From a virus (Duplodnaviria; Caudoviricetes): a stretch of DNA of 30,866 bases. Where the stretch lies: positions 1-30,866 of the IMG/VR virus record IMGVR_UViG_3300049138_000099, one strand, 5' to 3'. Positions 1 to 8,495 of the stretch are shown piece by piece. A program made the position numbers and the translations under genes. Numbering within the stretch: the stretch's first letter is position 1; every line of letters begins with the position of its first letter. The notes beneath the pieces are model-generated. The model did not search any database. It saw only the letters and a list, made by a program, of their open reading frames with translations, and was not told the origin of the DNA.

Positions 1-4
1 TCCC

Positions 5-502
5 ATGGCCGATCCGCACCGTAAACGGCCGTCTCTGCAGGTCGTGCGGGAGGGCAACCCGGGCAAGCGGCCCGTCAAGGCGGGCGTTGTGGTCCCTCCT
101 GGAGACCTGCAGGAGCCCGACTGGGCCGAGGTCTTCCCGCCCTCGCGCAACCGGGCCATCCGCGGCGAGAACATCCGGGCCCGCCATGTCGCCCGCCGCG
201 AGTGGCGGCGGGTCGTGCCGGTGCTTACTAAGACGGCCGGCCTCGGCGACGTCGACGAGGCTCTCATGCGCGACTACTGCGTGTGCGTCGCACGCCTGGA
301 CCAGTGCGAGCGGGCGATCAGCCGCGACGGCATGCTCATGCTCGGCGAGCGCGGTTACCAGAAGCACGGCGCGACCACGATCGCCGGCCAGTACCGGGCC
401 CAGCTGAAGGTGTACATCAGGGAGCTCGGACTGAGTCCCTCGGCCCGGGCGGGCATCACACCGCCGGGGGACGATGGAGATGACGACGACCCCTTCGACT
501 GA
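5..502 (+). CDS. terS: Terminase small subunit (P27 family-like), 165 aa
   Basis: GNPGKRP N-terminus, ARREWRRVVPVL, C-terminal ELGLSPSARA and acidic DDDPFD tail; directly upstream of terL. Confidence 0.9.
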   Translation: MADPHRKRPSLQVVREGNPGKRPVKAGVVVPPGDLQEPDWAEVFPPSRNRAIRGENIRARHVARREWRRVVPVLTKTAGLGDVDEALMRDYCVCVARLDQCERAISRDGMLMLGERGYQKHGATTIAGQYRAQLKVYIRELGLSPSARAGITPPGDDGDDDDPFD

Positions 503-2222
503 GGTCGATCTGCCCGTCCCGTACGAGGCACTGATCGAGCTCGGCCTGACTCCGGAACAGATCGACGACGCGATCGCCAAGCGGCCGCTGGTCGTGGCCT
601 TCCAAGCCGATCGCGAGCCTGGCGCCTACTACGACGTCGAGCGGGCCCGTAAGGCGCTGCGCGCGCTGGGCGCGTTCCGCCACACCAAGGGCCGGTGGGC
701 CGGCAAGCCGTTCAAGCTCGGCCAGGGCCTGGACCCGTGGCAGGTCGTGTGGATCATCGCGCCGATCTTCGGCTGGGTGTTCTGGGACGAGGAGATCGAA
801 CTCGTCGTCCGCGTGATCCGCGCGGTGTGGATCGAAGTGCCGCGCAAGAACGGCAAGTCGACGATCTCGTCCGGCATCGCGAACGTACTGCTGCTCGCCG
901 ACGGCGAGATCGGCGCCGAGGTGTACGCGGCCGCCGGCAGCCTGGAGCAGGCCCGCCGGGTGTTCGACGACGCCAAGCGCATGGCCATGACCGCGAAAGC
1001 GGCCAGGTCCAAGATCGAGCCGCTCGCCGACGTCATCCGCGTGCCCAAGACGGGCGGCGTCTTCCGTGCCCTGTCCAAGGTGGCCGAGACGGCGCACGGG
1101 CTCAACGTGCACGCCGGCGTCGTCGACGAGGTGCACGTCTACAGGAACCGCGGCCTGGTCGACGCGATCGAGACCGGCACGGGCGCCCGGTCGCAGCCGC
1201 TGATCGTCTTCATCACCACGGCGGATGAGGCCGCCGAGGGCACGATCTACGACGAGAAGCACGCCTACACCGAGAAGGTCGCGTCGGGTGTCGTCGAGGA
1301 TCCGTCGCACTACGGCGTGATCTGGGCGGCTGGCGAGGACGACGACCCGTTCGCCGAGAGCACGATGCGCAAGGCCAACCCTGGCCTTGGCGTCTCGCCG
1401 ACGCTGCGCTACCTGCGCAAGGAAGCGAACAAGGCGCGCAGCACGCCGTCGTACTTCCCGACGTACTGCCGGCTGCATCTCAACCGGCGTATGCGCGACC
1501 GGGCCAGGCTGATCGACCTGCGGGTGTGGGACGCGACCGCAGGCATGACCGACTGGGAGGCCGCGAAGGGCCGGCGTGCGTGGGGCGGCCTGGACCTGTC
1601 GGCCGTCTCCGACCTGACCGCCTGGTGGGTCGGCGTCGAGTCCGCGCAGCCCGACGTCGAGCTCGACATGTACTGGCGGTTCTGGGTCCCGCAGGACCGG
1701 GTCGAGGACCTACAGCGGCACCTGCAGGTGCCGCTCGCGCGGTGGGTACGTGAGGGCTTCGTGACGGCGACCGAGGGCGACGTCATCGACTACGCCGCGG
1801 TCGAGGCCCAGGTGCTGGCCGACTGCCGGCACGTGGACATGCAGCGGCTCGGCTATGACCGGATGTTCGCCGGCCAACTCGTCCAGGGCCTCGATGCGGC
1901 GCTGCGTGGCGTCGATGTCGTGCCGATCGCGCAGACGTTCGTCGGTCAGAGTCCGTCGATCAAGGAGCTGCAGCGGCTGCTCGGTAAGAGCGGTGACCAG
2001 ATCGGGCCTGGCCGGGTACGGCACGGCGGCAACCCGGTCGCCCGCTGGAATGCGCAGGTCGTCGAGGTGAAGGACGACGGCCAGGACAACTACAAGCTCG
2101 TCAAGCCCGAACGGTTGAAGTCGCAGGCCCGGATCGACGGCATGGCGGCCTGGATCGTCGGCCTCGATGGCTACCTGCGCCGGCCGAAGAAGAAGAGCGG
2201 CCGCATGACCGTGTCGGGCTGA
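474..2222 (+). CDS. terL: Terminase large subunit, ~582 aa
   Basis: Walker A VPRKNGKST, Walker B GVVDEVH, ITTA coupling motif, ANPGLG, nuclease GGLDLS and IDG motifs. Confidence 0.97.
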   Translation: MEMTTTPSTEVDLPVPYEALIELGLTPEQIDDAIAKRPLVVAFQADREPGAYYDVERARKALRALGAFRHTKGRWAGKPFKLGQGLDPWQVVWIIAPIFGWVFWDEEIELVVRVIRAVWIEVPRKNGKSTISSGIANVLLLADGEIGAEVYAAAGSLEQARRVFDDAKRMAMTAKAARSKIEPLADVIRVPKTGGVFRALSKVAETAHGLNVHAGVVDEVHVYRNRGLVDAIETGTGARSQPLIVFITTADEAAEGTIYDEKHAYTEKVASGVVEDPSHYGVIWAAGEDDDPFAESTMRKANPGLGVSPTLRYLRKEANKARSTPSYFPTYCRLHLNRRMRDRARLIDLRVWDATAGMTDWEAAKGRRAWGGLDLSAVSDLTAWWVGVESAQPDVELDMYWRFWVPQDRVEDLQRHLQVPLARWVREGFVTATEGDVIDYAAVEAQVLADCRHVDMQRLGYDRMFAGQLVQGLDAALRGVDVVPIAQTFVGQSPSIKELQRLLGKSGDQIGPGRVRHGGNPVARWNAQVVEVKDDGQDNYKLVKPERLKSQARIDGMAAWIVGLDGYLRRPKKKSGRMTVSG

Positions 2223-2232
2223 TCCACGAACC

Positions 2233-2268
2233 CCGGGCGGCCGGCGAGTGGTCCCGCCGGCCGTCCGG
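2233..2268 (+). other. 14-bp GC-rich stem-loop between terL and portal
   Basis: CCGGGCGGCCGGCG / CGCCGGCCGTCCGG (one G-U pair), 8-nt loop, no U-tract. Confidence 0.55.
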
Positions 2269-2289
2269 AACAACTTGAGGGGGTGGACG

Positions 2290-3756
2290 GTGGCTTTCGA
2301 CTCCCTGGAGCTCGATGAGCTGGAGTGGGTGAACCGGCTGCAGCGCCGACACGAGCAGGAGCTGCCCGTGCTGCGCCAGCTGGACGATTACTACGAAGGC
2401 CAGCAACCGCTGTCATACATGCACCCTGAGCTACTCAAGGAGCTGCAAGGCCGGATCCGCAATGTCGTGATCAACTGGCCGCGTCTGGTCGTCGACGCGG
2501 TCGAGGAGAGGGTCGACGTCGAGGGATTTCGCCGCGACTCCGACACCGAGGCCGACAAGCGGCTGTGGGAGCTCTGGCAGTACAACGACATGGACGAGCA
2601 GTCGCAGCAGGCGCACGTCGACACCATGGTGATGCGCCGCTCGTTCATCGTGATCGGCGCGAACGAGGACGAGAAAGAGCTGCCGCTCATCACGGTGGAA
2701 TCGCCGCTGCAGATGCATTGCGACGTTGACCCGCGCACCCGGCGGGTACGCGCGGCGTTGCGACGGTGGACCGATAACGAGTCCGCGCTGGACGGGGCGG
2801 TTCGTGAGCAGTACGCCACCCTGCTGCTGCCGAACGCGACGATCCACTACGAGTTCAGCCAGGGCTGGAAGGTTGTAGAACGTGACGATCACGAGCTCGG
2901 CGTCGTGCCCGTGGTCCCGCTGGTCAACCGGCCGCGCCTGATGTACCCGCTCGGCATCTCCGAGCTGTCCGACGTCTTGCCGTTGTCGGACGCCGCCTGC
3001 AAGATCGCCACAGACATGATGGTCGGTGCCGAGGACCACGCCATCCCGCGCCGCTGGGTGTGGGGTGTCGACAAGGAGGACTTCGTCGACGCCCAGGGCA
3101 AACCGATCAGCGCCTGGTCGCGGCTGATGGGGCGGCTGTGGTCGAACGAGAAAGGCCCGGGTGAGATCGAGGCCGGCCAGTTCCCCGAGTCGGATCTGGC
3201 GAATTTCCACAACACGATCAACTCGCTGGCGCGGCTGGTCAGCAGCCTGTCCGGGCTGCCCCCTCACTATCTGGGCTACAGCACGGAGAACCCGGCCTCT
3301 GCCGACGGCATCCGATCGAGCGAGGCCCGGCTGGTCAAGCGGGCCGAGCGCAAGCACCGGCCGTGGGGCGGCTCGTGGGAGCGAGCCATGCGGATCGCCG
3401 AGCTCATCCGTGATGGGGAGCCGAATCCGAAGTCGCGCAGCTTGGAGACGATCTGGCGTGACGCCTCGACCCCGACCGTCGCCCAGGCGGCGGACGCGAC
3501 GGTGAAGAAGAAGACCGCCGGGATCATCGACGACGAGCAGTCGTGGGAGGACCTCGGCTACACCTCGGCCCAGCGGACGCGGATGCGCAAGCGCAAGGCC
3601 GCGGCCGCGCGCTCGCTGGAGCGCGCGATGGCCGGAGACCTGGCCGGCCTCACCGGGCCCAAGCCCGGCGCCGAGGGCCAGGAGGGCGAGGGTCAGGAGG
3701 AGGACGAGGACGTGCTGCCGGCGGGAGTGGGCGATGGAGCCGGACGAGCTCGCTGA
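2290..3756 (+). CDS. Portal protein (SPP1 Gp6-like), ~488 aa
   Basis: YYEGQQPL, NWPRLVVDA, HELGVVPVVPLVN, PPHYLG, NPASADGI motifs; GTG at 2290 follows a GAGGGG RBS (the ORF track starts at 2248). Confidence 0.93.
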   Translation: MAFDSLELDELEWVNRLQRRHEQELPVLRQLDDYYEGQQPLSYMHPELLKELQGRIRNVVINWPRLVVDAVEERVDVEGFRRDSDTEADKRLWELWQYNDMDEQSQQAHVDTMVMRRSFIVIGANEDEKELPLITVESPLQMHCDVDPRTRRVRAALRRWTDNESALDGAVREQYATLLLPNATIHYEFSQGWKVVERDDHELGVVPVVPLVNRPRLMYPLGISELSDVLPLSDAACKIATDMMVGAEDHAIPRRWVWGVDKEDFVDAQGKPISAWSRLMGRLWSNEKGPGEIEAGQFPESDLANFHNTINSLARLVSSLSGLPPHYLGYSTENPASADGIRSSEARLVKRAERKHRPWGGSWERAMRIAELIRDGEPNPKSRSLETIWRDASTPTVAQAADATVKKKTAGIIDDEQSWEDLGYTSAQRTRMRKRKAAAARSLERAMAGDLAGLTGPKPGAEGQEGEGQEEDEDVLPAGVGDGAGRAR

Positions 3757-5536
3757 GGCGCACTACATAGCCCAGCAGCAGATCGCCCGGATCATGGCCG
3801 AGGAAGCGCAGGAGCTGTGGCGCCAGGTGTCCGCGCCGAATGTGATCGAGCAGTGGCTGGAGCTCCTGGCCGTCCTCATGCAGGTGATGACACGCCGTCA
3901 GCTGGCGGCCGCCGGGCTCACGAACTACTACCTTGAGCAGCTGGCCGCCGCTCAGGGCATCGCGCCGCCCACCTGGCTGGTGAACCCGGCGGCGCTGGCC
4001 GGGATCGCCTCCGACGGGCGGGCGCTGGCCAATCTGCTGATGCAGCCCGCGCTGCGTACGGCTGGGCTGCTGGCGCGGGGTGCCGATGACGAGACGGCGC
4101 TGCGCTCCGGCCTGGCGACGCTGGTGCGGGCCGTGGACACGACGATCGCTGACACCTCCCGCGCCGCCGACCAGGTGGGGATCGCATCGCATCGGTCGTG
4201 GGTGATGTACGTGCGTCACGTGGAGCTGCCCGCGTGCGGCCGGTGCATCATCCTGGCCGGCCGCAGCTACAGCTGGTCGACCGGTTTCCAGCGGCACCCG
4301 CTGTGCGACTGCACGATGGTGCCGGTCAGCGAAGGCGACGAGCTGCCGCCATCGCCCTCGCGGCTGTTCGAGCAGATGACGCCCGCCGAGCAGGCGCGGG
4401 CGTTCACCGCGGCCGGTGCTGAAGCGATCCGGCTCGGCGCTGACCCGGGCCAGGTCGTCAACGCGAGGCGTGGCATGCAGACCGCTGGTGGCCGTCTCAT
4501 CACGACCGAGGGCACCACCGTCCGGGGCATCGCTGGTCGGAAGCTCGGCGAGCTCGCGAAGGTGCCGGGCGAGCGCTACCGCCGCTCCCGGCGGATCCGG
4601 CCGATGCCGGAGACGATCCTGGCCGAGACCGACGGGGACCGGGAGGTGGCCATCCGGCGGCTGGAGCAGTACGGCTACATCCTGCCCGGCAGCCAGCGGC
4701 CGGCGCCTGCCCCTCAGCGGGCGCGCGTGACCATCCCGCACCTGCCCCGGCCCGAACCCGAACCGGTGGCCCAGGCGGCCCGTAGCGTGGTGCCCGCCGG
4801 CGCGCGGCCCTACCACCGCCACGTCGACGGCCTCGAGGACCTGGCGGCCGCCGTCGAGGACGGTCAGCCACCCGCGGCCACGCGGCGGCTGGGAGGCAGC
4901 TCGGCGCAGACCGAGCTCGTCACCCTGTCCGGCGGCACGACGGTGATCCGCAAGAGCGGACGCACCGGCTCGGAGGACCTGCAGGACGCGGCCGCCGAAC
5001 AGCTCACCTCGATGGTGGCCAGGGCGCTGGGGTTGCGAGCGCCAGGTGTCTACCAGCGCGACGAGAGCTCCATCTGGATGGAGTACATCGCCGACGGTGA
5101 GACGGCCGAGGAGGCCGGGGCATGGGGCTCCGATCTCCCGCCGAGGTTCGCCGCGGTGCCGGACTCCGACGCCGGCAGGCTCATGGGCCTGCTCGACGTT
5201 CTGGTGAACAACGTCGACCGTAACGATGGCAACTGGATGCTCACGCCCGGCGGCGAGCTCGTGCCGATCGACCACGGCTTGGCCTACGACGGGATCGAGG
5301 CCGACGCGCCGGCGACACTGGAGTGGGTCAACAGCAAGTTCGCCGACCACTACCAGGGCGACGGCAACCCGCTCACCGCCGCCGACGTGGCCGAGGTGCG
5401 GCGCCGCTTGCGCCTCCTGCGTGCCGACTTCGAGCACGTCGGCCGCGGCCACTGGCTGGACTACTCGCTGCGCGTCCTCGACCTCCTGGCGAAGGACGCG
5501 GCCGGAGACCGGCCTCTGATCGCCGGGATACGGTGA
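3734..5536 (+). CDS. Minor head protein (MuF/VG15 'capsid maturation'-like) fused to a C-terminal HipA/PI3-4-kinase-like domain, 600 aa
   Basis: Position after portal; ACGRC...FQRHPLCDC motif; Pro-rich linker; kinase motifs LGGSS, VIRK, AAEQ, DRNDGN, IDHG. Confidence 0.85.
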   Translation: MEPDELAEAHYIAQQQIARIMAEEAQELWRQVSAPNVIEQWLELLAVLMQVMTRRQLAAAGLTNYYLEQLAAAQGIAPPTWLVNPAALAGIASDGRALANLLMQPALRTAGLLARGADDETALRSGLATLVRAVDTTIADTSRAADQVGIASHRSWVMYVRHVELPACGRCIILAGRSYSWSTGFQRHPLCDCTMVPVSEGDELPPSPSRLFEQMTPAEQARAFTAAGAEAIRLGADPGQVVNARRGMQTAGGRLITTEGTTVRGIAGRKLGELAKVPGERYRRSRRIRPMPETILAETDGDREVAIRRLEQYGYILPGSQRPAPAPQRARVTIPHLPRPEPEPVAQAARSVVPAGARPYHRHVDGLEDLAAAVEDGQPPAATRRLGGSSAQTELVTLSGGTTVIRKSGRTGSEDLQDAAAEQLTSMVARALGLRAPGVYQRDESSIWMEYIADGETAEEAGAWGSDLPPRFAAVPDSDAGRLMGLLDVLVNNVDRNDGNWMLTPGGELVPIDHGLAYDGIEADAPATLEWVNSKFADHYQGDGNPLTAADVAEVRRRLRLLRADFEHVGRGHWLDYSLRVLDLLAKDAAGDRPLIAGIR

Positions 5537-5763
5537 CCGCCATGGCCACCGTCGTGCGCATCGTGTCCGTCCGCACCGGCCGGGAGGTCTCCCGCGTCGA
5601 GCTGGCGGATGACGAGAGCGCCACCTACAGCGGCGGCGAGTCCGCCGCGGCCGCCGTACGCGCCCAGATGCGCGCGGCCGGCCAGAGCGAGGCCGAGGCG
5701 ATCGCCACTCTGGCGGTCACCGGCTGGTCGAACGGCTACCTCATGGTCGACCTCAGCACCTGA
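5533..5763 (+). CDS. Small protein (76 aa from GTG, 73 aa from ATG 5542); candidate immunity protein
   Basis: GTGA overlap with the upstream stop; high-GC3 codon use; function inferred from position only. Confidence 0.7.
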   Translation: MTAMATVVRIVSVRTGREVSRVELADDESATYSGGESAAAAVRAQMRAAGQSEAEAIATLAVTGWSNGYLMVDLST

Positions 5764-5767
5764 ACCT

Positions 5768-5978
5768 CCGCGAGCGCGACGCCCGCGGTAATCCCCACCG
5801 CCGCGGCGCGATGCCGTGGCGCCCACCCGAAGGAACAGCTGCGATGGCTGGCGACAACGACACCACCGACTCGGCGGCCGCGACGGGCACCGACAAGGGC
5901 TCTACCGCGGACGCCGACACCACGGCGCAGGGCGACGGTCAGGCAGCCACCAAGACGGGGTCCGCGACGGACACCGTC
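5768..5978 (+). promoter_or_regulatory. Array of stem-loops with GCGAY loops around the scaffold start; putative translational operator
   Basis: Hairpins at 5768-5788, 5799-5821, 5836-5850 (contains the ATG) and 5954-5978, each with a GCGAC or GCGAT loop. Confidence 0.55.
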
Positions 5979-6512
5979 GACGGCGACGGCAAGGCGCTCG
6001 GCGACGCAGGCAAGGGAGCGCTCGACAAGGAGCGCAAGGCCCGTCAGGAGGCCGAGAAGCGGGCACGCGAGGCCGAGAAGCGCGCCCAGGACTTCGAGGA
6101 CCGCGACAAGTCCGATCTGGAGAAGGCCACCTCCAAGGCGGAGAAGGCCGAGCAGCGCGCCCAGGCGCTCATCGACCGCACCGTGAAGGCGGAGATCCGC
6201 GCGGCCGCCGCAGCTGGATACGAGGACCCCGAGGACGCCGCGGTGTTCCTCGACCTCGCCTCGTACGCCGGCGACGACGGCGAGATCGACACCGACAAGA
6301 TCAAGGTCGATCTGACCGACCTGCTCAAGCGCAAGCCTCACCTGGCCAAGCAGGCGGGCCGTAAGGGCCCGAAGCCGGATCCGTCCCAGGGCGCGAAGCC
6401 CGGCGGGGCGCCGGATCTGGCTGTACAGATCGCCGAGGCGGAGAAGGCCGGCAACCACGGGCTGGCCATCCGCCTCAAGCGGCAGCAGTCCGCACTCACC
6501 ACACAGACGTGA
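5844..6512 (+). CDS. Capsid scaffolding protein, ~222 aa
   Basis: LGDAGKGALDKERKAR, charged coiled coil, KPHLA and KPDPSQG motifs; AAGGA RBS; directly upstream of MCP. Confidence 0.9.
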   Translation: MAGDNDTTDSAAATGTDKGSTADADTTAQGDGQAATKTGSATDTVDGDGKALGDAGKGALDKERKARQEAEKRAREAEKRAQDFEDRDKSDLEKATSKAEKAEQRAQALIDRTVKAEIRAAAAAGYEDPEDAAVFLDLASYAGDDGEIDTDKIKVDLTDLLKRKPHLAKQAGRKGPKPDPSQGAKPGGAPDLAVQIAEAEKAGNHGLAIRLKRQQSALTTQT

Positions 6513-6529
6513 TCATTTAGGAGACTCCC

Positions 6530-7744
6530 ATGGCGGGATCCGTTTCGGGCATCGGTACCACTTTCAACCTGCCGAACTATCACGGCCAGCTCTGGGGCCT
6601 GACGCCGGAGGAAACCCCGCTGCTCAGCGCGATCGGCGGTCTTACCGGCGGTGGCCAGACCGACGCTGTCGAGTTCGAATGGGAGCAGTACGACCTCAGG
6701 GACCCCGGCCAGCGGACCCGGCTGGAAGGCGCAGACGCGCCGACCTCCGAGGAGCGGGTGCGCGACTCGGTCCGCAACGTGGTGGAAATCCACCAGGAGA
6801 CCGTCGGGGTCACCTACACCAAGCAGGCCGCCACCGGGCAGATCGCCACCCCGCAGAGCGCCCCGTACCGGGGCGTGGGCGGCGATCAGCCGGTCAGCAA
6901 CGAGCTGGACTGGCAGGTCGAGCAGGCGGTCAAGCAGATGGCGCGCGACGTCAACTTCGCGATGATCAACGGGGAGTATGCCAACCCGACGACCAACGCC
7001 ACCCCGCGCAAGATGCGCGGCCTGCTGGAGGCCATCAGCACCAACAAGGTGTCCAAGGCCACCAGCACGGTGACGGGGCTGAGCTCGGCGACGGACACGA
7101 TCACCGAGACGGCCACCGCGCTGGCCGACGCCGACAAGATCGTGTTCACCAGCACCGGCGACGCGACCGGGATCGTCGCCGGCCGTGTCTACTTCGTAGT
7201 GTCCAAGGCCACCAACACGTTCAAGGTCGCCAGCACCAGCGGCGGCTCGGCGATCACGCTCGGCACCAGCACGACCAACATCGACTACATCAAGCCCTGG
7301 ACCACGACGCTCACCACCACGCACATCGACGAGCTGATCCAGCAGGCCTGGGACAACGGCGGACTGTCGCAGCAGTCCACCGCGACGATCATCGTCAACT
7401 CGACGCAGAAGCGCGCCGTCACCAAGGCCTACGCCGACGCCGGCGCGAAGGTCATCTACATCGACACGTCCCGCACCATGGGCGGTGTCGCGGTGGACAC
7501 GGTGGTCACCGACTTCGGGCGGTTCAACATCATGCTGGACAGGGCTGTGCCCAGGGATGCGCTGATCGTGGCCAGCCTCAACATGCTCCGGCCGGTGCTG
7601 CTGTCGGTCCCCGGCAAGGGCGTGTTCTTCGAGGAGCCGCTGGCCAAGACCGGATCGAGCGACAAGGTGATGATCTACGGCGAGGTCGGCCTGGAGTACG
7701 GCATGGAGACGGCGCACGCCGCCTACCGCGGCCTGGCCGTCTGA
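6530..7744 (+). CDS. Major capsid protein (SU10/DUF5309-like) with internal Thr-rich insertion, 404 aa
   Basis: TFNLPNYHG, TPLLSAIGGL, EFEW, TDFG, EPLAKTG, YGEVGLEYG motifs; AGGAG RBS. Confidence 0.92.
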   Translation: MAGSVSGIGTTFNLPNYHGQLWGLTPEETPLLSAIGGLTGGGQTDAVEFEWEQYDLRDPGQRTRLEGADAPTSEERVRDSVRNVVEIHQETVGVTYTKQAATGQIATPQSAPYRGVGGDQPVSNELDWQVEQAVKQMARDVNFAMINGEYANPTTNATPRKMRGLLEAISTNKVSKATSTVTGLSSATDTITETATALADADKIVFTSTGDATGIVAGRVYFVVSKATNTFKVASTSGGSAITLGTSTTNIDYIKPWTTTLTTTHIDELIQQAWDNGGLSQQSTATIIVNSTQKRAVTKAYADAGAKVIYIDTSRTMGGVAVDTVVTDFGRFNIMLDRAVPRDALIVASLNMLRPVLLSVPGKGVFFEEPLAKTGSSDKVMIYGEVGLEYGMETAHAAYRGLAV

Positions 7745-7758
7745 GAGGCGACGCGATC

Positions 7759-8100
7759 ATGGCTCTGTACGAGAGGTTCGCCAACGGCGAGAAGATCGCC
7801 CGCGCCTTCACCGTCGACGGGTCGGCCGAGGACCTGCGCCTGCGTGCGCTGGCCATGGACGGCACGCACGGATGGCGGCGCGCCAAGAACGTGGAGGGGT
7901 CGGCGCCCCCCGTCGCCGACCCCTCCGCCCCGTTCGACCCGTCCAAGCACACCATCGAGGAGGTACTGGCCCACCTCGGCGAGGCCGGCGTCGAGGAGGC
8001 CACCCGGGTCCTGGACGCCGAGGCCTCCGGCAAGGCCCGCAGGGGCATCGTCGGCCAGCGCGAGGAGATCCTGGCCGGCCTGCAGGAGCCGAAGGAGTAG
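7759..8100 (+). CDS. Small head-associated hypothetical protein, 113 aa
   Basis: GAGG RBS; C-terminal helical motif FDPSKHTIEEVLAHL...RVLDAEASGKAR, of a kind often seen after actinophage MCP genes. Confidence 0.75.
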   Translation: MALYERFANGEKIARAFTVDGSAEDLRLRALAMDGTHGWRRAKNVEGSAPPVADPSAPFDPSKHTIEEVLAHLGEAGVEEATRVLDAEASGKARRGIVGQREEILAGLQEPKE

Positions 8101-8103
8101 GCG

Positions 8104-8493
8104 ATGGCGTTCGCGACGTTCGAGCAGTTCCAGACCCGGTTCGAGCGGACACTGCCGTCCGGGCAGGAGCCTCGGGTCACCGCGCTGCTGACGGACGCGA
8201 GCGCCATCATGAGCGGCCGCGTGCCGCAGCTGCTCACCGCCGACCCGGTCCCGGACATCGTCGTGTCGGTCTGCTACGCCATGGTGGCTAGGGTCGTCCG
8301 CAACCCAGAGGGGAAGTTCAAGGAAGGGTTCGGCGACGACTACGACTTCCAACGCGACGAGGCGCAGGCCTCCGGCGAGCTCGAGCTGACGGACTCCGAG
8401 TATGACGACCTGGTGGCTGCGGTCGCTGGCGCGGCGGCCGCCGGGCGCGCATTCAGCATCGTCCCGTACTACCCCCCGTGTGAGGAGGAGTAG
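8104..8493 (+). CDS. Head-to-tail adaptor, 129 aa
   Basis: MAFAT start, LLTDAS, MVARVVRNPEG, LELTDSE, AFSI motifs; gene order. Confidence 0.85.
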   Translation: MAFATFEQFQTRFERTLPSGQEPRVTALLTDASAIMSGRVPQLLTADPVPDIVVSVCYAMVARVVRNPEGKFKEGFGDDYDFQRDEAQASGELELTDSEYDDLVAAVAGAAAAGRAFSIVPYYPPCEEE

Positions 8494-8495
8494 CG

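Noticed and set aside
3734-4684. True prohead protease activity for the 'capsid maturation'-like domain
   Set aside because: No recognisable HK97/ClpP/S49 protease motifs; a separate scaffold is present; a MuF-like minor head role fits better
3650-5452. 600-aa minus-strand ORF (likewise 12443-14608 and 19261-20739)
   Set aside because: Antisense shadows of real high-GC3 genes
6679-8100. Frameshifted capsid extension into the downstream 113-aa gene (-1 frame is open)
   Set aside because: No slippery heptamer near the MCP end; the downstream gene has its own RBS and ATG; open alternate frames are common at this GC
3731-8106. GCGATG at the starts of the minor head (3731) and adaptor (8101) genes as part of the GCGAY operator
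   Set aside because: No flanking stems; a 6-mer containing ATG is expected by chance at this GC
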